Shown here one piece after another: positions 12,701 to 23,600 of a DNA stretch of 64,000 nt. How positions within the stretch are numbered: the first letter of the stretch is position 1; the number at the start of each line of letters is the position of its first letter. The DNA is from Kofleriaceae bacterium (lineage in GTDB: Bacteria > Myxococcota_A > Polyangia > Haliangiales > Haliangiaceae): NCBI GenBank assembly GCA_965215005.1, contig CBDCCZ010000058.1:1-64000 (forward strand), given 5' to 3'. The translations under genes and the position numbers were made by a program. The notes under the pieces are model-generated. The model saw only the letters and a program-made list of their open reading frames with translations. It was not told the DNA's origin and ran no database searches.

Positions 12701-14321
12701 GATCGCCAAAGGCCCCAACGTCATGAAGGGCTATCACGAAGATCCCGAAGCGACCCGTGCGGTGCTGCGCAACGGCTGGCTGCACACCGGTGACCTCGGT
12801 CGCCTCGATGACGAGGGCAACCTGTTCATCGTCGGCCGTAAGAAGGAGATGATCCTCGGCGCGTCGGGCGAAAACATCTATCCCGACGAGCTCGAAGACG
12901 TCTACGGCGACACGCCCGACATCAAAGAGCTGTCCATCGTCGGTCTGCCGCAAAGCGGCGGCGGTGAGACCGTGGCCGCGCTGGTGGTGCCGGACTACGA
13001 GGCCAGCGGTGACCGTGAGGCGGTGCGCGAGCGCGTGCGAGAGCACCTGCGCGTGGTGTCGCGGCAGCTGCCGCTCTACAAGCGCATCAAGGTGTATCAT
13101 CTATGGGATCACGATTTGCCCAAGACCGCGACGCGCAAGGTCAAGCGGCGCGAGGTCGTGGGTGAGCTCGAGCGACTCGAGCGCGCCGCCGCGCACGGCA
13201 CCGCCGCGCGTCAAGCGAGCGCAGCACGCCAAGAAGGCGCCCCGCGCGGCGGCGACTGGATCCACGAGATCATCGCCCAGGTGGCGCAAAAGAAGCGCTC
13301 GGAGGTTGCCGGCCAGACCCGGCTCGAAGAGCTCGGCTTTGATTCGCTGATGTTCACTGAGCTCGCCGCCGCGCTCGATGCCGCGGGAATCGAGCTGCCC
13401 GATCCGGGCGAGCTTGCCGGTATGGAGCTGGTCGCGGATGTGGTTCGTTTCGTCGAAAGCGCCGGCAAGAAGACGGCGCGCCTGCAGCATGCGCCGCGCC
13501 GCGAAGACGATAGCGATGAGATCGTGGTGCCGCGAGCGCTGGTTCGCGTGGGCCGCCGGCTGCTCGCTCTGGGCCAGCACCTCACGTATGAGCGGGTCTT
13601 CCACAGCACCGTCCGTGGCCGTCCGCACGTGCCACCGTTTGGCGGCTACATCGTCGCCGCCAACCACGCCAGCCATCTCGACATGGGACTGGTCAAGCAT
13701 GCCTTGGGGGAGAGCGGCGACATGGTCCGCGCGCTCGCTGCCAAGGACTACTTCTTCGACGATCCCGTGCGCCGCGCTTACTTCGAAAACTTCACTAACC
13801 TGGTACCGATGGAGCGCTACGGCTCGCTGCGCGAGTCGCTGCGCATGGCCGGTGAGGTCATCACCGGCGGCGACATCTTGCTGATCTTTCCCGAAGGAAC
13901 CCGCCAAGCCGACGGCGTCATGCGCGACTTCAAGCCCTCGCTCGGCTATCTATCGATGCACAATCGCTGCGGCATCTTGCCGATCTACTTGGCCGGCACT
14001 CACGACGCCATGCCCAAAGGTAGCTACCTGCCCAAAGAGCGCGAGCTCGCGGCGCACGTCGGGCCGTTTCTCACCTACGAGGCGCTGCGCGATATCGCTG
14101 CCGGCAAGCCGCGCAGCGAGGGCTATCGCGCGATTGCCACCGAGGTCGAGCGGGAGGTTCGCAGGCTCTGTCCGCCAGCATTTGTCGATAACTTAGGTCC
14201 ATCGGGCCGCGAGCCGCTGGCGGAGCACACGCCGGTGGCGGAGCTCGCCGCCGAAGAAACTCCGCAACCGCCGAGCGCCGAGCCCCTGCGGCAACCGCGC
14301 ACCTCGGGCGTGTCGTCATGA
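9786..14321 (+). CDS. elbD: Multifunctional fatty acyl reductase-adenylation-ACP-acyltransferase (ElbD-like ether lipid synthase)
   Basis: FAR domain ([13 protein letters not shown]); A domain ([22 protein letters not shown]); ACP (GFDSL); PlsC-type acyltransferase (NHASHLD, FPEGTR). Same domain order as myxobacterial ElbD. Confidence 0.85.
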   Translation: MSQTRGNSGNGPDIELDVTKIFDGKRILLIGTTGFVGKVALSMLLCRYPNVGRVYCLVRPGAGNTADERFFRKVATSPAFDPLRELWGDGYESFLREKIVAIPGDIGRPLCNFDDAMFERFASDGGLDVVVNSAGLVSFTPSLESALRINARGAANVLEVAKRANARLVHVSTCYVCGRRDGEVWEDEPVVGYFPRQGELLDEDFDAHAEMDDCQRIIDQVRDRANDRAHISQFREQAAAALESQRRDPDDPAALRLAVARERKIWMATRLTELGQQRAEHWGWTNTYTYTKSLGEQAILGEDSVVSTIVRPAIVESSVRFPFPGWNEGFNTTAPLVYLVLKGHRHIVASDKKLDVVPVDYVAAGMIMATAAVLVGEHDRVYQLGTSGINPVTSKRLTEMTALAVRRLHRHNADEGHEPVQNRIRARLESMPVDYQTYKRRSAPLFGGLAKWASREIDRRVPRWGAPKLQALSERAKDELGKVIDFTDKVDVLIEMFKPFNFDHDIAFRCDNVRRLHQRLSPSDQQRLPFDPETIDWRYYWMETHFPGLQQWVFPVLDDEFGAKPRTVYTYKDLLELFDAATKLHKHRVALRMLPTSDDDAEPVVYTYERVQELAAQGAAALRERGIGPGDSVLLMSENRPEWGIGYFAVLKTGATVAPVDSQLSLAEVENVVRASAAKICIVSTKVAERLLEDESEATTADAIIALDRRLADTSVVGFAQLLVEPAVSPAAVMPPRRSDAVASLIFTSGTTGSPKGVMLTHKNFTAMAAKLSSLFKLYRHDGLLSVLPLHHTLEFSAGFLMPLVHGASITYLEEVGADGLQKAFDEGTVTGMVGVPALWQLLSRKIWSRISDRGPLVERAFETIVELNRSLRDRVPYGANLGRLLFLPVHQKLGGRMRLMISGGSALPVDVMKSFQGLGFRLFEGYGMTEASPVITVHRPSDRVLPGSVGRALPGIDVAVHEPDERGVGEVIAKGPNVMKGYHEDPEATRAVLRNGWLHTGDLGRLDDEGNLFIVGRKKEMILGASGENIYPDELEDVYGDTPDIKELSIVGLPQSGGGETVAALVVPDYEASGDREAVRERVREHLRVVSRQLPLYKRIKVYHLWDHDLPKTATRKVKRREVVGELERLERAAAHGTAARQASAARQEGAPRGGDWIHEIIAQVAQKKRSEVAGQTRLEELGFDSLMFTELAAALDAAGIELPDPGELAGMELVADVVRFVESAGKKTARLQHAPRREDDSDEIVVPRALVRVGRRLLALGQHLTYERVFHSTVRGRPHVPPFGGYIVAANHASHLDMGLVKHALGESGDMVRALAAKDYFFDDPVRRAYFENFTNLVPMERYGSLRESLRMAGEVITGGDILLIFPEGTRQADGVMRDFKPSLGYLSMHNRCGILPIYLAGTHDAMPKGSYLPKERELAAHVGPFLTYEALRDIAAGKPRSEGYRAIATEVEREVRRLCPPAFVDNLGPSGREPLAEHTPVAELAAEETPQPPSAEPLRQPRTSGVSS

Positions 14322-15313
14322 AGAAGCAAGTCTTGGTCACCGGTGGAACCGGCTTTCTCGGCGAGCACGTGGTTCGCGAGCTTCTCGCTCGGCAGAGCTG
14401 GCACGTGCGCGTGCTCGCGCGGTCGCACTCGCCAGTGCTCGCCGACCTCGGCTGCGACGTGATGCGCGGCGACGTCGTGCGCGGCGATGCGCTCGCGGCT
14501 GCGCTCGAGGGCTGCAGCGCGGTCTTGCACCTGGCGGGGCTAGTGTCGCGCGATCCCAAAGACGGCCAGCGCATGATGCGCATCCACGTCGACGGCACGC
14601 GGCGAGTCTTCGAGCTCGCTGCCCAAGCCAGGGTAGGGCGCATCGTCGTCGCCTCCACCTCTGGCACCGTCGCAGTCTCAACGCGCGCCGAAGCCCTCGA
14701 CGAAACCGCTGGCTACGCCACCGAGGTGGTGGCGGGATGGCCGTACTACGCCTCGAAGATTTACCAAGAGAAGCTGGCGTTCGAGCTCGGCGCCACGCTC
14801 GGCATCGACACCGTGTGCGTCAACCCGAGCTTGCTCCTCGGCCCCGGCGACCGCCGGCTCTCGTCCACCGGCGACGTCTTGCGGTTTCTGCGCAAACAAA
14901 TTCCCGTCGTCCCCGAAGGCGGCGTCAACTTCGTCGACGTCCGCGATGCCGCCGCCGCTACCGTCGCAGCCCTAGAGCGCGGCCGCCCCGGTGAGCGTTA
15001 TCTCCTCGGCGGCCCCAACTGGACCATGCGCGAATTCTTCGGCCGCCTGTCCCGCGCCTCCAAAGTCACGCCCCCGTGGCTAAAACTGCCATCCTCCGTC
15101 TCCCGTCTCGGCGCCGGCGTCATCGAGCAGCTCTGGCGCGCCCGCGGCAAAGAGCCGCCCGTCGATCGCATCTCGGTCGAGATGAGCGAGCACTACTGGT
15201 ACCTCGACGCCAGCAAAGCGCGCCGCGAGCTCGACTTCGAGCCCCGCGACCCCGCCCTCACCCTCGCCGACACCGTCAAATACCTCCGCCAAACCATCGC
15301 CACCGACCTCTGA
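14318..15313 (+). CDS. NAD-dependent epimerase/dehydratase (extended SDR, ElbE-like)
   Basis: [18 protein letters not shown] (YxxxK), VNPS and FVDVRD. Overlaps the elbD-like stop. Confidence 0.85.
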   Translation: MKKQVLVTGGTGFLGEHVVRELLARQSWHVRVLARSHSPVLADLGCDVMRGDVVRGDALAAALEGCSAVLHLAGLVSRDPKDGQRMMRIHVDGTRRVFELAAQARVGRIVVASTSGTVAVSTRAEALDETAGYATEVVAGWPYYASKIYQEKLAFELGATLGIDTVCVNPSLLLGPGDRRLSSTGDVLRFLRKQIPVVPEGGVNFVDVRDAAAATVAALERGRPGERYLLGGPNWTMREFFGRLSRASKVTPPWLKLPSSVSRLGAGVIEQLWRARGKEPPVDRISVEMSEHYWYLDASKARRELDFEPRDPALTLADTVKYLRQTIATDL

Positions 15314-15354
15314 GCCCCCGCCGCAGCTGCGTCCGCCACCACATCCGCGTCCAG

Positions 15355-15499
15355 AGCAGACCCCGTGCCGAGGGCCATCGCGCACAGGCAGTGGTCTCTG
15401 GAAACCATCTCGGTGCTCGCCGGTGACCTTGAGCAGGAGTCGTTGCTCCCGCTCGGTCAAGGTCCGTGGCGTGCGTGTCGAGTCGGCGTAGTTCGCCAT
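15355..15499 (-). pseudogene. Truncated, frameshifted tyrosine recombinase/integrase 5' fragment
   Basis: MANYADSTRTPRTLTEREQRLLLKVTGEHRDGF, then after a frameshift RDHCLCAMALGTG. This matches the P-x-x-L-T-x-x-E and RD...xTG(LR) box I of tyrosine recombinases. It breaks off before the catalytic Arg. AGGA lies upstream. Confidence 0.65.
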
Positions 15500-15564
15500 T
15501 CCTGGAGATGAAGGCGTGGTGACCCGAACCGCGCAAGGTCGAATCCACGTTCCACGAGGCGGGA

Positions 15565-15855
15565 TCAATCTCCAACCTTGCCCTCAATGTAGTCGGCCAG
15601 CGCTGCCCACCCACGTGCGCTGGTCGATCCGATCCGGGCCAGGGTCGTAGTCACAGCAAACGCGACTGGAAGCTGTTGGTCGTGCCCGGCTTCGGCCAAC
15701 CATGACCAGAGGTCGTCGCGTGTTCTGACGGCGTCATCTCTGCGGTTCTGAGCGAGGTACTCGTTCATAACATCGGACCAAGTTGCCGCGCCGCTGATGT
15801 CCCAGTCCTGATTGAAGTACCCAGCAAAGAACTGGTCGTCGGTCATCTCACGCAC
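15565..15855 (-). CDS. CdiI-type immunity protein (family partnering RNase A-like toxin tips); possibly internally frameshifted
   Basis: QFFAGYFNQDW matches the YF(H/N)QDW signature. An alternative frame near 15610-15655 reads CDYDPGPD..RTW, as expected for this family. Confidence 0.7.
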   Translation of the reverse strand: MREMTDDQFFAGYFNQDWDISGAATWSDVMNEYLAQNRRDDAVRTRDDLWSWLAEAGHDQQLPVAFAVTTTLARIGSTSARGWAALADYIEGKVGD

Positions 15856-16030
15856 TCATGGTGCTGAGATCCCCGTCAGCACGCGATAGGCACCGCTGCC
15901 GTTACCTTGCAGGACGACCCGAACTCGTGTTTTGTGAGTGCACGGCCGGCCTTTGTGAGCGAGCCACCCTTGTGCGGACTCAGCGCATCTTTGAACAGCG
16001 GATTTCCGAGTAGCCTTCTTGCGGCAGCGT
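15856..16030 (-). pseudogene. Chimeric orphan toxin-tip remnant (start of a BECR-like tip fused to the end of an RNase A-like tip)
   Basis: One frame reads AAARRLLGNPLFKDALSPHKGGSLTKAGRALTKH. Another frame continues RVRVVLQGNGSGAYRVLTG immediately before the CdiI-like gene. Confidence 0.6.
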
Positions 16031-16059
16031 AAGCTTGTGCGCGATCGGACCGGAGTCAT

Positions 16060-16536
16060 TCAGCTCCGGTCTTGCCAAAACGTGAGACAAAGCCCCTCTT
16101 CGTCAAATAGATCATGCGCGACCTCGAAGCGGTACAAACGATCAGGAAAGCGCGTACCCAGGGCGAAGCTCCAAAAGTACTGAAGTACGCGGCCAAATGC
16201 CTCGACGAGGTCCTCTTGGTGCACGGCCTGATCGGCACCCGCCAGGAAGAACTCGCCGAGGTTGAGGATGTTGTAGTACCGCTCGACCGTTTCGGGATCG
16301 CCGCCGAAAGGGGTGCTCAGTTGCTCCAGCTTGTCGAGGTCTTCTCCGACGTGTCGATCCCAGAACACGTGGCCCTTCACCTCGACGAACTCGGGTGCGA
16401 GGAAGCCTGCAAGCCCCAGCACCTGTTCAAGGCCGACGTGGTTCGCGACCCAGTCGCCAAACGTCGCTGCTGCTGTGCCTGAGGGGAACTGCTGCATGAC
16501 GCTGCCCGGTAGAATGCCGTCGTACGCCTTCATCAT
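16060..16536 (-). CDS. Putative immunity protein (acidic/aromatic, about 158 aa)
   Basis: Starts just after the stop of an orphan toxin tip. Sequence includes APEFVEVKGHVFW..ERYYN..W..RFPDR..LTFWQ. Position is typical of an immunity gene. Confidence 0.65.
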   Translation of the reverse strand: MMKAYDGILPGSVMQQFPSGTAAATFGDWVANHVGLEQVLGLAGFLAPEFVEVKGHVFWDRHVGEDLDKLEQLSTPFGGDPETVERYYNILNLGEFFLAGADQAVHQEDLVEAFGRVLQYFWSFALGTRFPDRLYRFEVAHDLFDEEGLCLTFWQDRS

Positions 16537-16537
16537 C

Positions 16538-16891
16538 TCACAGCCCCAGAGCATTCAGCACCGCCTGCGGCACTTCGTTGAACTTCAGGTTCGATCCGGT
16601 TCGTGCGAACCACTCTCCACTCGGCGCCTGGCTCCACTGGAACGCCTTGATGCGGCTCGCAGACACGTCATATAGCATCCTGCCTTCCGGCCCGTAGACG
16701 AGCGCGTGGCCGCCATCGGTCACGCTGTAACTGTTTGCTGGCCCGGTTAGTGCTCGTCCCGCCCCACCGCGGCCGACCGTCACGATTCCTTCGTTTCGCG
16801 TCAATCCGTGGAACGTTCTCAGGTCGAGCGTTCTGCCCGCTGTGTTCGTGATGAACCGAGCACCTTCACCTGCACCCCTTGCGGCGTAGTG
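16538..16891 (-). pseudogene. Orphan polymorphic toxin C-terminal tip without its own start
   Basis: The open frame begins directly after the previous stop: HYAARGAGEGARFITNTAGRTLDL..GHALVYGPEGRMLYDVSASRIK..NALGL*. It is followed by an immunity-like gene. Confidence 0.65.
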
Positions 16892-17089
16892 TTAGCCTGA
16901 ACGATTTGCGATCGCCACGAGCTGCTTCTGAAGCGTCTCCGCCGTGTGAGGCTCTACGCCCACGCGCGTCGAAAACTCCCACGCTTCTACTGCCTCAAGG
17001 GCTTCATTGAGCGCATTGATAAGCACGCTCAGCTCAAGTTGGCTCACCTCAAGAGTGATCACGTCACTGTCGTTCCTCATGGCTCTCAT
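16892..17089 (-). CDS. Small putative immunity protein (NALNE..EFSTRVG type)
   Basis: 65 aa helical protein starting 1 nt after the stop of a mini toxin remnant (TGA-C-ATG). Confidence 0.6.
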   Translation of the reverse strand: MRAMRNDSDVITLEVSQLELSVLINALNEALEAVEAWEFSTRVGVEPHTAETLQKQLVAIANRSG

Positions 17090-17090
17090 G

Positions 17091-17177
17091 TCAGCGCAAA
17101 CCTTCGAAGTAGGCACGCCCCCTCGTCGGCCGGAAAGCCGTCCCGAGGTCGCGCGCGTTCCTAGCAGCTGTTCGGGT
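17091..17177 (-). pseudogene. Internally deleted orphan toxin tip (28 codons)
   Basis: In frame directly after the SUKH gene stop: TRTAARNARDLGTAFRPTRGRAYFEGLR*. It has the AAR hinge at its start and a F-x-G-L-R end resembling the main toxin's FIGFLE end. Confidence 0.5.
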
Positions 17178-17618
17178 TTAAGACTGAGAGAGTCCGTAAC
17201 GATCTGCGAAATCTGTCCTCAAAACGCGCACGTACCAGTTTTCGAATGAATCGTACTCTTCGAGCTCCGCATACGTATCCTGATCGAGGACCACCCAAGT
17301 ATTGTCGCTGAGCCGAATTGCCGTCAGAACACTTCCAATGTGCACAATCAGGTATCGCCGGTCCATTCCTCGGCGGTAATGGAACTCATTCACGCTATCC
17401 ACGTCGTCGCCAAGCTGACGATCGCCGAATGGTCCCAGGATCGTCTCCGTCTCGAAGAGTTCTCCGCCGCCGGTATTCTGCCAGAATTGCAACAGTTCGT
17501 CGGGCAGTTCTAATCCACGCTGTCGAAGCCACTCATCCAGTCGTTCTCTTGCCACGGGGCCATTCCAAACAAACAACTCTGGTCGACAGCTCTGGTCCTG
17601 CTGCAACAGCGCGTTCAT
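17178..17618 (-). CDS. SMI1/KNR4 (SUKH) family immunity protein
   Basis: GPVARERLDEW..GLELPDELLQFWQNTGGGELF and C-terminal YDSFENW. Overlaps the Rhs toxin stop (ATGA). Confidence 0.8.
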   Translation of the reverse strand: MNALLQQDQSCRPELFVWNGPVARERLDEWLRQRGLELPDELLQFWQNTGGGELFETETILGPFGDRQLGDDVDSVNEFHYRRGMDRRYLIVHIGSVLTAIRLSDNTWVVLDQDTYAELEEYDSFENWYVRVLRTDFADRYGLSQS

Positions 17619-20600
17619 CGTGTTCTCAACGCTCCCTCCAAAAATCCAATAAAGCGACCGCTTCCAGCATCGATCCGAACACCTTGCCCAGCAGCATTGA
17701 ACACATCAATCGTCCGATTGCCGACTACCGTGCTCGTCGGGTTGGAAAGAATTCCGTTGATCAACCCTTCTGCATTCGCTTGCGTGGGCGCTACACCCTG
17801 GAAGACCGAGGTCGTCCTGTTTCTTTGAGCATGGCCAAGCTTTTTGGCTAGCGCGCGAGCACCAGCCGTCGTCTGTCCAGCTGCGCCTCGCGATGACGCC
17901 AGCGCCGCGTCTACAGTGCTCCGACTAAGCGCAGGCAGAAGCTTCGGTGCTGCCCTTGCGGCTTCTGCTGTCCCGCGGCCGCGGATGGTTCGGAGGGTGG
18001 CGCTGTCGAGGACTTCGACTGCGCGAGTGGGTGCCGCGCGCGGAAGGAATACGGTACCGGCGACTTGGGCGGCTCCCATCAACTCGAGGACGAGCTGAAA
18101 GCCCTCCATGGCTTCGAGCGCGCCGCCGATCTGGTTTTGGAAGTCCACTTCCACGATGCGCAGACCAGAAAGGACACCGGGCGCAGAGCTCTGATTCCAG
18201 CGGGTGGGAACAATGATGTTACCCGGCAATTGCTGATACCCGTAGCCACGGGGCGAGGTCCAGTCGACTTGCTCCGGGGTAATCGTATGGGAGTAGTCGG
18301 CGCCGTCGGTTCCCCGATAGGTTAAGTCATAGCCGCCTCCACTGCGTTTACGAGCGAGGCCTCGGAAGTGGCCTTGACTGAGGAACTGGGCTTGCCTCCA
18401 ATCGCCGTAGCTCGCGTTGGTTCTATAGAAGCTGACGCCGACTTTGTCGAGCCCCCAAGGATCTCGGTAGAGGAGTGGGGCGCTATCAACAAAGGCGTAG
18501 CGGTTGGAGCCACCTGCTAGACCGATGGGATCGCGGCTGAGAAAGCGACCCATGGCAGGCACATAGGTGCGGGCGCGCATGTGCACCAGCCCCAGCGTGG
18601 AGTCGGCGTGATGGCCTTGGAAACCGAACGGATTGCCGATGGCGCTTTCGGGGCGCCGCACACCCGCAGGGTCCAAAATGCGCGTTACGCCGTAGGCGGT
18701 GTAGTCGTACCACTCGAGTGGCTCACCGGTGGAGTCAGTGACGAGGAAGACGGAGCCAATACGGTCTTGGTGCAGATAGGCGTAACTAAGGCGATCGGTG
18801 ACGGCTATCAGTGGCTCATCGAGACCGCTCGACACGAATGCTGTTACAGATTCTCCACGCGCGACGATGGCGAGTTGGTCACCGTCGTATGCGTAGCGGA
18901 CTGGTTCGCCGCCTGGTGCACTCTCCTCCACCACGCGCCCGAGCGCGTCGTAGCGGTAGTATCTGCTGCCCTGCGGCCCGCTCACGCGAATGAGCTGACC
19001 GAATCCGTCGTAGGTATAGGAGGTGGTGCTTTCACTGCGTAGAGCGCCGCGACGATCGTAACGAAGAGGCAAGCCGAGGAAGCTCGTGTACTGATCGGCG
19101 GCACCGATGCCCGGCGTGGTGAAGCCTAGAGGCGATTCATACGAGGTCCAGTTGTGGCGGGCATCGTAGTCGTAGCGCCGGGTGTCGCTGCTATCGAGAT
19201 AACTCTGCACCGCCGCGTTGGCCTCGGCGACCGACGCCGCTGGCTCGACGAGCGTGGTATCGAGAGGCCGTGAGTGATAGCTCTCGGTGAGCAGACGGCC
19301 GCCGACATCGACCTCGTAGGCGACACTGTCGTTTATCCGCTCGCCACTCGTCAGGAGGCGAAACGCGTTCTCAACCCGCGGCGCGCCATCTGCTGCCGGT
19401 GCCCAATCGAATCCGGCGATAGTCTCACCGTTCGCTCGATCGATGGACAAACCGCTCAGACGACCGAGAGCATCATAGTGGTGCAGACGGGTTGTCTCAG
19501 CCGATACGCCGTCGATACGCGCCGTCGATGGACCAAGGCTCTCGTATTCGAACTTGACCTTGGCAGGCAGCTCACTGCCAACGAGCACCTCTACGAGGCG
19601 ACCGAGCGGGTCGTAGTCACGTCTAACGACGTTCCAGGCATAGCTCGACATTTGCGGTAGGCCTCGACCATCGTAGATGTGCTGGATTCCGCTCGCGACC
19701 AGCGAGTTGCTTTCCAAGTATCTGTTGCCGAGAGAGTCATACGTGAACCAAGTTATAATGTCCTCGACCCGCGCCATGGTGGTAAGGGCGTGCCGAGTGA
19801 AACTTCGGATCACGTCGATTGGCGCTCCTTGCGTGTAAAGCTTCGAGATACGTCCGAGCCCATCGTACTCGCGGTAGGTATGGATATCGCCGTCGGTGAT
19901 GAGCTGCGGCCGCGACGTCTCGAACCAATAGTCGACGTCTACGACTCGTCCATCTGGCTCGGTTAGCCGTCGAACGCGGCCGAGCGCGTCGTAGGAGTAT
20001 TGAGTATCGGCGGACCTAGCATTGGCAATGCTTGTACTCTGTGTGAGCCAGTCGTTGCGGCTCCATTCCAGCTCAACACGCTCAATCGACCCATTGCCAT
20101 AGTCAATCTCGCGCCAGCGCTCTCGATCGAAGGCATCGTATCCGACGGTGTGCGCGCCGCGACCAATGGCGGTGTGTGCGGTGAGTCGGCCGCGTGCGTC
20201 GTAGTCCCAGCTGGCAACTTCGACGTCGCGGTCGCCAACCCTGACCAACACCCGCGCCGGGGCTCCCCACTCTGTGAGCTCAGTCGTCTGCGCTAGCCAG
20301 CCGCTCGGAGTTGGGGCGGGCATGCTGCGGAAGGCGCGGCGGCCGCCGTCAGTATATGACGTGCTGATAACCGCGCCCGTCGCTAACTGTTGCCGGACGA
20401 GGCGCCCGGCTCCGTCGGCCTCATAGATAGTGGTGTAGCCCGCATCGTCGGTGACGCTAATGCGGCTGGCGGAAGGCTCGTAGGAGTATTGAGTTGTTGC
20501 TCGACCGTCGCCGATCGCTGCGCCCTGGGCGTTGAAGTGCCAGCGCGCGAGCGAGGTCAATCGTCCGAGCGTGTCGTAGGTGTAGTCGGCCGCTGCAGTC

Positions 20601-23600
20601 AAGTCGCTGGCACCCGGGACCGGACGTCCATAATCTTGCGGACCTCCGTCGTACTCACTCTCCCAGAGGACGTTGCCGAGCTCGTCGTACCCTCGCTGGA
20701 GTTGGGCCGAGCCAGTGGCTGCAACCGCAGCCCGGCCGAAGCCATCATGCCGCACCACGGTCGCGAGACCGTCCTGGTTCACGTAAATTGGCCAGCCATT
20801 GGCGTTGTACTGGACCGTCCGAAGCACTCCCTCGAGCAGTCCGGTAAAGCCTCCTTGGTAGCCCACGACGCACGCGTCGTCCCACGTAGCGCTGCTGACC
20901 TCGGCCACGGCGGCCACGGACGTCATACGCCCCTCGCCATCGTATGAGAACCGTGTTCGGTTGCCGTCTGGAGAGACTTGCTCGAGTAGCCTGCCGTCGG
21001 GCCCATGGCGGTAACAGCTCACGCGCTCTCGAGCGCTCAAGTCGAGCGCGGTTTCGGTGACTGTCTCGACGTTGCCGATGGCATCGTAGGTGACGGATCG
21101 CAGATTCGCGCCGCTTAAGGTCGTCGTCAGCTGACCATCGGGATCGAAGCCGAATCCTGTCGAATCCGTGCGGCCGTTTGCGGTGCGACTGTGAAGCTCC
21201 AATCGGCCGCCGCGCCACTGCCATCGCTCGAGCTCGCCCAGAGGTCCGCGATGGAGCGTGGGACGACCCGCTGCATCAGACTCTAGTTCGGAGATGACGG
21301 GAGAAGGACCATCGGCGTCCTCGATCATCGTTCGCAAGGTGCCAACGCCTTCGTCATAGGCGTAATAGGTTGAGGAACCGTCGGGATCTATCCGCCGTTC
21401 CGGCATGCCTCTGGCGGGGCCATCGCCGCCGACGAGCTGAAACTCTGTCTTGTCACCGAGCCCGCTCGTCACCTCAGTAACGTTGCCGCGCTCGTCGTAG
21501 CGGCGCTGCTCCAAGATCGCGTCGTCGTCGCCGGGACGGCGCGGATCGAAGATCTTCTGGAGCCGATGAGGAAAGCCTGTGTACGAATAGCGCCAGATAA
21601 TCGGCTCCCTCGAGCCCACGGCATTCCTCACCGGATATAACGAACTCTGCAGCAGATTACCTGCGGCGTCGTACTGCATGCAAACGCGGTCTTTGAGCGG
21701 CTGCTCGACCGCGGTAAGCTGTCCGAGTTGATCATAGTTATATGAGCGCACGGATCCGGTGCTGGCGTTGACGGTTCGCAGAGTCCGGCCCTTCTCATCG
21801 AAGTAGTATGTCCACGCGACGCCGTGGAAGTCGACGAGTACCGTCGCTCGCTCTGGCTTGGGTCCGGGTGCGAGAGGACCACGGCCTCGCCGTGCGCCGG
21901 TTCGCTCACCGAAGCACGATGGAACTTGTTCTTCGGGCTTATCCAGTGGCAGCTGCTCGAGTAGGTCGCGGAACCAATCATCCCAGCCGAACAGACTATG
22001 GAACACGAAAACAGGCACATCCAATTCATCTGCGTTCGCGGGCGGTCGCAAAAGCGGAGACACTGCGGCAGCATGAAGTGCGGTCAACAAGCTGGTAAGC
22101 TCGGCCGCACCACTGGGAGCCGTTTCCGCATCGTACCTCCCTCGTGTGTACGTTTCTCTTAGCACCATCGGTGCTCGCCGGGGCATGAGGCCGGACGCTT
22201 CGAAGTGATCGACGGCGGCGAAGGCAGAGGGGCCTTCGCTGAGATATCGTCTCTTGAGGCTTGCGTCATTTACTGCGGTGGCAAGCGGCGTGAGAACCAA
22301 CTCGCCACTGCATGCGTCGGTGGGCGTGAATCTATACTCTTCGTAATACTCAACAGAGAAGGGCTTCTTACACGAGCCCTCAGATACGTGGAGCACCCGC
22401 CGCGGCACGCCGCACATGTAGACTTGATTGCCAGTGGCCCCTACCAGCGACACGTGAGGCGCAGCCTCCATTACGTCAGTCAAACTCCCGTGACTGCCAG
22501 TCATGAGATAGCTGCCATCGCTGAGTGGCGCGATGTGTAGCGTGCCGGGCCCGGCGGTTACGGTGTACGATGAGGCGCTGGGTGCTACATCAGGCGGGGA
22601 AATTGATTTTACCGGCTGCAGCAACAAGCCATTGACGACCCTTCGTGTCCGCAAGAGCGTCGGCGGGATCGGAGCTTCGAAGGAGGAAGAGGAGGACTCC
22701 CCCGTTAGAAGAACACACGGCTCCTCAAACTCCAGCAGCGCATCGCCCCACGGCACAAACGTTCCTGCGGATGGCGTGCTCGTGAAATCGTTGCACGAGC
22801 CGCAGATGCTGACAGATTCGAACTCTTCGAGACTCTCGACAAGCTCGGAAGCCGGGCCATCGGTCGGCACACGAGTATATCCAGCTGCCTCGCTTCCCAA
22901 GTCACGATAGTGCATCGCGACCTGGTGATCGCCATACGTTTGACTGATGATCGCGTCGAAGCTCGGGTCTTCGAGGGCGGCGCCATACTCGTTGGTCAGA
23001 TAGAGGTCGCCATTGCCGTCGTAAACGCGCACTAGATTGAAATTTAGGTCCTTGAGGTACCCATACTTAGGTCCTTGTATCGGACCGCGGCCATGGGAGT
23101 CGGCGATGCAGCCGTCGACGCAGCCGGCCTCGCACGCACCCTGCAGGTCAAGGCTGTCGCAGTAGCTCCCGCATTCGCCAGTATGGCAAACATCATTGCA
23201 AGTAGTGTCGCAGGTGGGAACGCACGAAGAAGCGCAGGTATCGACGCACTGAGCGGTGCATTGCGATGGGCAGCTCGCGGTGAGGGTAGGAATGCAGCCC
23301 TCGAGAACAGCCACTTCGTCAACGGTGGAGGCGCAATTTTTTACCCTCTCGTAATCCTCCGTGCCCGGTGGAGGTGGCTGCCAGGTCGGGAACCCAAGCA
23401 AGTTCAAGCAGCCCTCGAGCGACCTACTGTCTGCGCAGTCGTTGCCGTTCGGAACACCGTAAAACGCGGCACGGCAATCCTCCTCGCAAGAGTGGCCTTC
23501 GTTGCAGCTACCAGCACCGCACTCATCACCTTCGCTACAACATAGTACGTGATTTTGATTGCATAGATCTAGCCAGCCATTGCGCGTGCGAGAGAAGTCG

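Noticed and set aside
9786..14321. NRPS-like secondary metabolite gene
   Set aside because: There is no condensation domain; the FAR and PlsC domains indicate lipid synthesis.
15856..16059. 67-aa ORF as an intact gene
   Set aside because: It is a chance read-through across two fused toxin remnants in different frames.
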